21,751 nt of DNA from Bdellovibrionota bacterium (GTDB lineage Bacteria > Bdellovibrionota_C > UBA2361 > OMII01), in contig JBIKWQ010000061.1 of assembly GCA_044356215.1 (NCBI GenBank), forward strand, positions 1 through 21,751. The letters run 5' to 3'. The position numbers and the translations under genes are program-made. The stretch's first letter is position 1; each line of letters starts with the position of its first letter. Positions 18,235 to 21,751 of this stretch are shown here, piece after piece. The notes beneath the pieces are model-generated. The model had not been told where the DNA came from, did no database searches, and saw nothing but the letters and a program-made list of their open reading frames with translations.

Positions 18235-18753
18235 ATGGATTTCACCATCTGGGATGTACTGCTTGGAATTATCTCGTGGAGTATCCGGATCCTGTTCTGG
18301 CCCCTTGGCTTTGTAATCAAGTACCGCGAGTTTTTCGCGACTGTAATCCCCTACATCGTTACGGGCATAGTAGCTTTGTTCCTTTCTGTCTGGGCGCTTG
18401 GTCTACTAGCCATGATTGCGCAGGCTGTATTCTTTGTGGTGAGTCTTATCTATCGGTTCTTTAAAGGCTGTTTTCTTTTGGCGTATTCGCTAGTAGCAAA
18501 ACCAAAGCTCGAAGCTAACCAAGAGTCCTATGACACTGCAGCACCTCCACCTCAAGAGGAATCTGATCCGTATTACATACTTGGAATAGACCGTAGCGTC
18601 ACCGCTAGTGAACTTACAGCTCGCTATAAGCAGCTTATCAAGGCAAACCATCCCGATAAGGTTGCGCAGGTTGATCCGGAGATCCAGGCGTTTGCGGAGG
18701 AACGATCCAAGAGGATTATCAAGGCGTATGAGGAGGTGGTGGCGGGGCTATAG
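18235..18753 (+). CDS. Membrane-anchored J-domain protein (DjlA-like C-terminal J domain)
   Basis: AGGAGG ribosome-binding site; hydrophobic N-terminal half; DPYYILGI...YKQLIKANHPDKV...IIKAYE with an intact HPD motif. Confidence 0.88.
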   Translation: MDFTIWDVLLGIISWSIRILFWPLGFVIKYREFFATVIPYIVTGIVALFLSVWALGLLAMIAQAVFFVVSLIYRFFKGCFLLAYSLVAKPKLEANQESYDTAAPPPQEESDPYYILGIDRSVTASELTARYKQLIKANHPDKVAQVDPEIQAFAEERSKRIIKAYEEVVAGL

Positions 18754-19017
18754 GCTACTCGGTGTTGACTAGGAGTAATACTATAACCGACAGATTGGGA
18801 CAGGGGTTGAGTAGCGCAGAGGAGCTGATATCCTCTTGATAGTACCAGTCGAATACCTGGTCACTGTCAACCATTAATATAGTGTGAGTGTAATATGCTA
18901 AAGCGATGTAATGGCGAGCTGTTTGGAGCGTTTCAGGTCGATGTCGGCGCAACTGACCTTAAGAACGAGTCCCTTTCAACTAGTATTCAGTTTGACTGCG
19001 GAGGCGGGCTCGCGCAT

Positions 19018-19755
19018 ATGCCAGACGCAGCCACCCCGAGCCAGGAAAGTCTTCCTCCTATACTTTCTAGTAAGGCTGTAAGGGACGCTAATCTAACAAA
19101 AGAAGATTTCAAAACAGTACTCGATCTAGTCCATGGAAGTTTAGAGTTAAGGCTTGGAAAGGACAGCGCCCTTGAGTGGTGCCTGACTTATAAAGATGTA
19201 GAGCCTGGAAAGATGCAAGAAAAAGTACAGGCCTTTGCGACTGAGCTAAACGAAAGACTTGCTAAAATGGTCGCTGCTTTACCTTATAAGGATAAGATGC
19301 AACGCGGCTGGAAAGTTTATTTGGCAGATAGGTGCGAACTTCCCGAAGTCTCTGAGAAGCAGAATGTTACGGTCTTCTCCACAACGCTAATTGAAGACTC
19401 ATTTAATAGGCACAGGTCAGAGGCAACCACGATCAACGGCGAAGTCCGTACTTCGATGAATGAGTTCCTGAATAATCGTGGTCAGCCTTGGGTAAAACAT
19501 CATCATGTACGATTGTCCATCGCTGCTTTCCGTTGTGTTGTAGGATTCCCTCAAGAGTTTGATGTATTAGCTACCGATAAGGACCCAGGAGCCTTGTGCC
19601 AAGGCAAGATAGTACTGACAGACATAGCGGGCTCTTCTTCTGGTTCTGCGGCGTCCTTTCGGTATGGCGTCTACGACAACTTCTGGCGCGACCGCGTCTT
19701 CGCTGATGACGTTGTTGGTGTTGTCGGCGGCCTCTCCCCGGAATCAAATAATTGA
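19018..19755 (+). CDS. Hypothetical protein with a C-terminal DGR-like variable repeat (likely start ATG 19018; ORF is open from 18895)
   Basis: GGAGG at 19000-19004. The last 40 or so codons are A-poor and NNY-rich (YGVYDNFWRDRVFADDVVGVVGGLSPESNN) and are homologous to 20300-20414. Confidence 0.7.
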   Translation: MPDAATPSQESLPPILSSKAVRDANLTKEDFKTVLDLVHGSLELRLGKDSALEWCLTYKDVEPGKMQEKVQAFATELNERLAKMVAALPYKDKMQRGWKVYLADRCELPEVSEKQNVTVFSTTLIEDSFNRHRSEATTINGEVRTSMNEFLNNRGQPWVKHHHVRLSIAAFRCVVGFPQEFDVLATDKDPGALCQGKIVLTDIAGSSSGSAASFRYGVYDNFWRDRVFADDVVGVVGGLSPESNN

Positions 19756-19866
19756 TAGTTGATCATTGGTTTTTTGATCCCCTCCCGACTTCGCCAAGGC
19801 TACGTCTGACAAGCCTCAGGAGGGGTTGGGGTTTTGATCATTGGTGCTTTGATCGAAATTTTTTTT
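19631..19866 (+). repeat. Cassette copy 1: putative DGR variable repeat, constant 3' block and hairpin
   Basis: 38 bp identical to copy 2 (19735-19772 equals 20394-20431). CCCCTCC/GGAGGGG stem at 19779-19825. TGATCATTGGT repeats flank the stem, and the cassette ends CTTTGATCGAAATTTTTTTT. Confidence 0.8.
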
Positions 19867-19895
19867 AAGCTTTAGCCTAGTGGACGGATCTGGTA

Positions 19896-19926
19896 GACTT
19901 GTCATTACCTTGGGTAATGACAAGTC
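19896..19926. other. Perfect 14-bp inverted repeat GACTTGTCATTACC-TTG-GGTAATGACAAGTC
   Basis: Read directly. Function unknown: operator, REP-like element or part of a structured RNA. Confidence 0.8.
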
Positions 19927-20018
19927 GGCTAAGGCTTCCTTGCACCCAAGGGCTGTTCCCACAGTAACAACTGTAAAGTAAACTTTGCAGGAACTGCCAG
20001 AGTCATTGCGTCCAGATG

Positions 20019-20042
20019 AGAGGCGGCGTAGCCGCCTCTTTT
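20019..20042 (+). terminator. Probable intrinsic terminator
   Basis: AGAGGCGGC-GTA-GCCGCCTCT stem followed by a short T run. Confidence 0.55.
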
Positions 20043-20300
20043 AGATTCAACGAGCGTGCAGAACTGTGATGGGAGCAGCAATTCTTGTCCAGGTCTCGTG
20101 AGGGGATCTTGCTGGTTGGTATCGGACGATACCAAGGCTGTGAAGCTTAGATAATGGCACCACAACCCCTCCAAATAAAATTCAACCGTGAGAAACGCGT
20201 AAAGGCGCTCAAACGGTGGTGGGTCCGTAAGGGCTTGGGCAATAGGATGTGCGTCTTGCTCGGGCGCCCTGGACATCGATGATAAGAGAATAAGAGTTCC

Positions 20301-20498
20301 GGGCGGGCTGTTTCTGGTGGTCGCATTTTCGTCTTCGACGACTTCTGGCACGACTTCGTCAATCGTCGTTATTGCGCGTTTTTCGGCGCCTCGTCCCCGG
20401 AATCAAATAATTGATAGTTGATCATTGGTTTCTTGGTCCCCTCCGCTAGGAGGGGTTGGGTCCATTGATGATCATTGGTCCTTTGATCGAAAAATTTT
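20301..20498 (+). repeat. Cassette copy 2: orphan DGR-like variable repeat with a 7-bp stem and GCTA loop
   Basis: Reads VFDDFWHDFVNRRYCAFFGASSPESNN* (stop 20412-20414), but in-frame TGA TAA at 20280-20285 cut it off from any upstream ORF. Hairpin CCCCTCC-GCTA-GGAGGGG at 20438-20455. Confidence 0.78.
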
Positions 20499-20503
20499 GT
20501 TCG

Positions 20504-20818
20504 TCAGGCAGCTAACTTCAGCGGCACATAAGCCCCGCCCCTTTTTACTGCGATCTCTCCCCCAAGGGCTGCAATCATCTTTATAAAGGTATTAAGAGTG
20601 ATGTTTTTGTGTTTCCCAGAACGAACACTTTGAACGACAGAAGGCGCTACCCCTATTTGCTTCGCCAGTTTCCTCACAGAAACGTTATCTTCTGCCATCA
20701 TTGCGAGAATGAGTTCAGAAAGTACAAGTCCGCCATACTCTTTCTCAAAGAGTTTTCGAAACTTTGGATTCTCCATCTCTTTTTCGTAGGTGGATTTAGT
20801 ATTAGCGCGCTTTTTCAT
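20504..20818 (-). CDS. Xre-type HTH antitoxin, HigA-like (likely start ATG 20818)
   Basis: HTH VSVRKLAKQIGVAPSVVQSVRSGKHKNITLNTFIKMIAALG; overlaps the toxin 3' end. Confidence 0.85.
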   Translation of the reverse strand: MKKRANTKSTYEKEMENPKFRKLFEKEYGGLVLSELILAMMAEDNVSVRKLAKQIGVAPSVVQSVRSGKHKNITLNTFIKMIAALGGEIAVKRGGAYVPLKLAA

Positions 20819-21197
20819 AATAGGTGCCTCTCTTAATCCGTAACTCAAAGTCTGCTTTTGCCTTCAACGCTCTCGATTTCTCTCCAGAAGGAAGTTTTTG
20901 GCCCTTCTTCTCGAAGCCGTTTGTGATGAGGATCTTTTTACCTGTCACAAAGAAGCAAAGGTAACGATCAGGTTGCGGCTTGAATGCGAAAATCTGATCT
21001 CCTTCGTTCCTAAACTTCGTTATATCGAAAATCTTCCCGATATCTCCCATTATCCGAACCAACTTAAGGAACTTAATTCGACGCTCGTCTGAGAGGCCCT
21101 CGTAATACTCACGAGCGGGGCAGTGACCCCGCTCATCAAAATACCACTCGATCGAAAAAGCTTGCCCCTTATAGACCAGGACGTCAGAAGACTTCAT
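20802..21197 (-). CDS. RelE/ParE-superfamily toxin (HigB/Gp49-like)
   Basis: KFRNEGDQIFAFKPQPDRYLCFF...ILITNGFEKKGQKLP; toxin-first gene order with the Xre gene. Confidence 0.85.
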   Translation of the reverse strand: MKSSDVLVYKGQAFSIEWYFDERGHCPAREYYEGLSDERRIKFLKLVRIMGDIGKIFDITKFRNEGDQIFAFKPQPDRYLCFFVTGKKILITNGFEKKGQKLPSGEKSRALKAKADFELRIKRGTYYEKAR

Positions 21198-21203
21198 ACC
21201 CTT

Positions 21204-21232
21204 AGTGTACTGATATATCGGTACAGTTGCAA
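21204..21232 (-). promoter_or_regulatory. Toxin-antitoxin promoter with a palindromic operator; probably leaderless mRNA
   Basis: Minus strand reads TTGCAA-N17-TACACT-N6-ATG. The near-perfect palindrome TGTACTGATATATCGGTACA (21206-21225) fills the spacer. Confidence 0.72.
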
Positions 21233-21262
21233 GGTTCTTTATACTTTGAAAATACCCCCTAT

Positions 21263-21487
21263 CTAAACCCTTATATCTTCGTGATAATCCAGTTTATCAC
21301 GAAGATATAGGCCGGACAGGAGACCGCATGACCAAAACCGAAATTGCATAAACAGATAAAGAGAACCAGAAAGTACATCCTCTTGTGCAACCAGCGACGC
21401 AACCGCCTGTAGCCCATCAAAGCTCTTACGCATATCAACAGGACTCTCATACACCAAGACTCTAGATGCTTGCCTACCGAATATCAT
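21263..21487 (-). pseudogene. tnpB: Truncated IS66-family accessory gene tnpB
   Basis: VLVYESPVDMRKSFDGL...SGSLYLF matches the IS66 TnpB N-terminus. Similarity stops near 21350, and no tnpC follows. Confidence 0.85.
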
Positions 21488-21751
21488 CAGCCGCTAATCC
21501 TTAATACAGTGCCATCAGGAAAAGAAATCTCTACCATCGTCGCTCTCGATGGAGCTGATGGTATCTCAAAAAACTTACCACCTCCCTCTTTCCTCTCTCG
21601 CATCCAGTTATGGATTGTCCTATCAGAGACACCCTGCTCGCGTGCTATATTCTCGACAGAGATCTCACCTGACTTTACTCGCTCAACTATCGCGGCTCTC
21701 TGCTCTGAGGTGTGCCTCGTCATGCCCATACCTACGTCTCCAAAAAAATAA
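21345..21751 (-). mobile_element. IS66-family remnant (tnpA and the 5' part of tnpB; transposase missing)
   Basis: tnpA-tnpB gene order. No terminal inverted repeat is visible in the window. Confidence 0.75.
21487..21729 (-). CDS. tnpA: IS66-family TnpA-like HTH protein
   Basis: HTH ISVENIAREQGVSDRTIHNW and C-terminal VEISFPDGTVLRI; TGATG overlap with tnpB. Confidence 0.78.
   Translation of the reverse strand: MGMTRHTSEQRAAIVERVKSGEISVENIAREQGVSDRTIHNWMRERKEGGGKFFEIPSAPSRATMVEISFPDGTVLRISG

Noticed and set aside
19929..20362. Minus-strand ORFs of 140 aa and 71 aa
   Set aside because: They are antisense to the A-poor cassette and the structured region, with no recognisable motifs or convincing starts.
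20301..20414. Copy 2 as the DGR template repeat
   Set aside because: It is as A-poor as copy 1, has non-A bases at several mismatches, and carries the downstream hairpin expected of a target.

Overview
The window looks like the backbone of a low-copy plasmid or chromid plus accessory cargo. The left end has a 14-copy 8-mer array (TTCAGAAG), a coupled HTH-parA-partner operon, about 12 iteron-like repeats, an AT-rich stretch and a replication initiator. The middle has an XPB/Rad25 helicase with a coupled 835-aa partner, an AAA_14/DUF4143 ATPase, a SWIM-SNF2 ATPase, two hypothetical genes and two deletion pseudogenes. The right part has a Cre-like tyrosine recombinase beside a perfect 12-8-12 lox-like site, a divergent RHH-like gene, a membrane J-domain gene, a HigBA-type toxin-antitoxin pair and an IS66 remnant. 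The most unusual signal is at 19.63-20.50 kb: two homologous adenine-depleted cassettes that differ at codon positions 1-2 and are followed by a shared 38-bp block and a GC hairpin. These resemble variable repeats of a diversity-generating retroelement (DGR), but no reverse transcriptase or template repeat is in the window. All family calls come from motif recognition by eye; no database searches were run.
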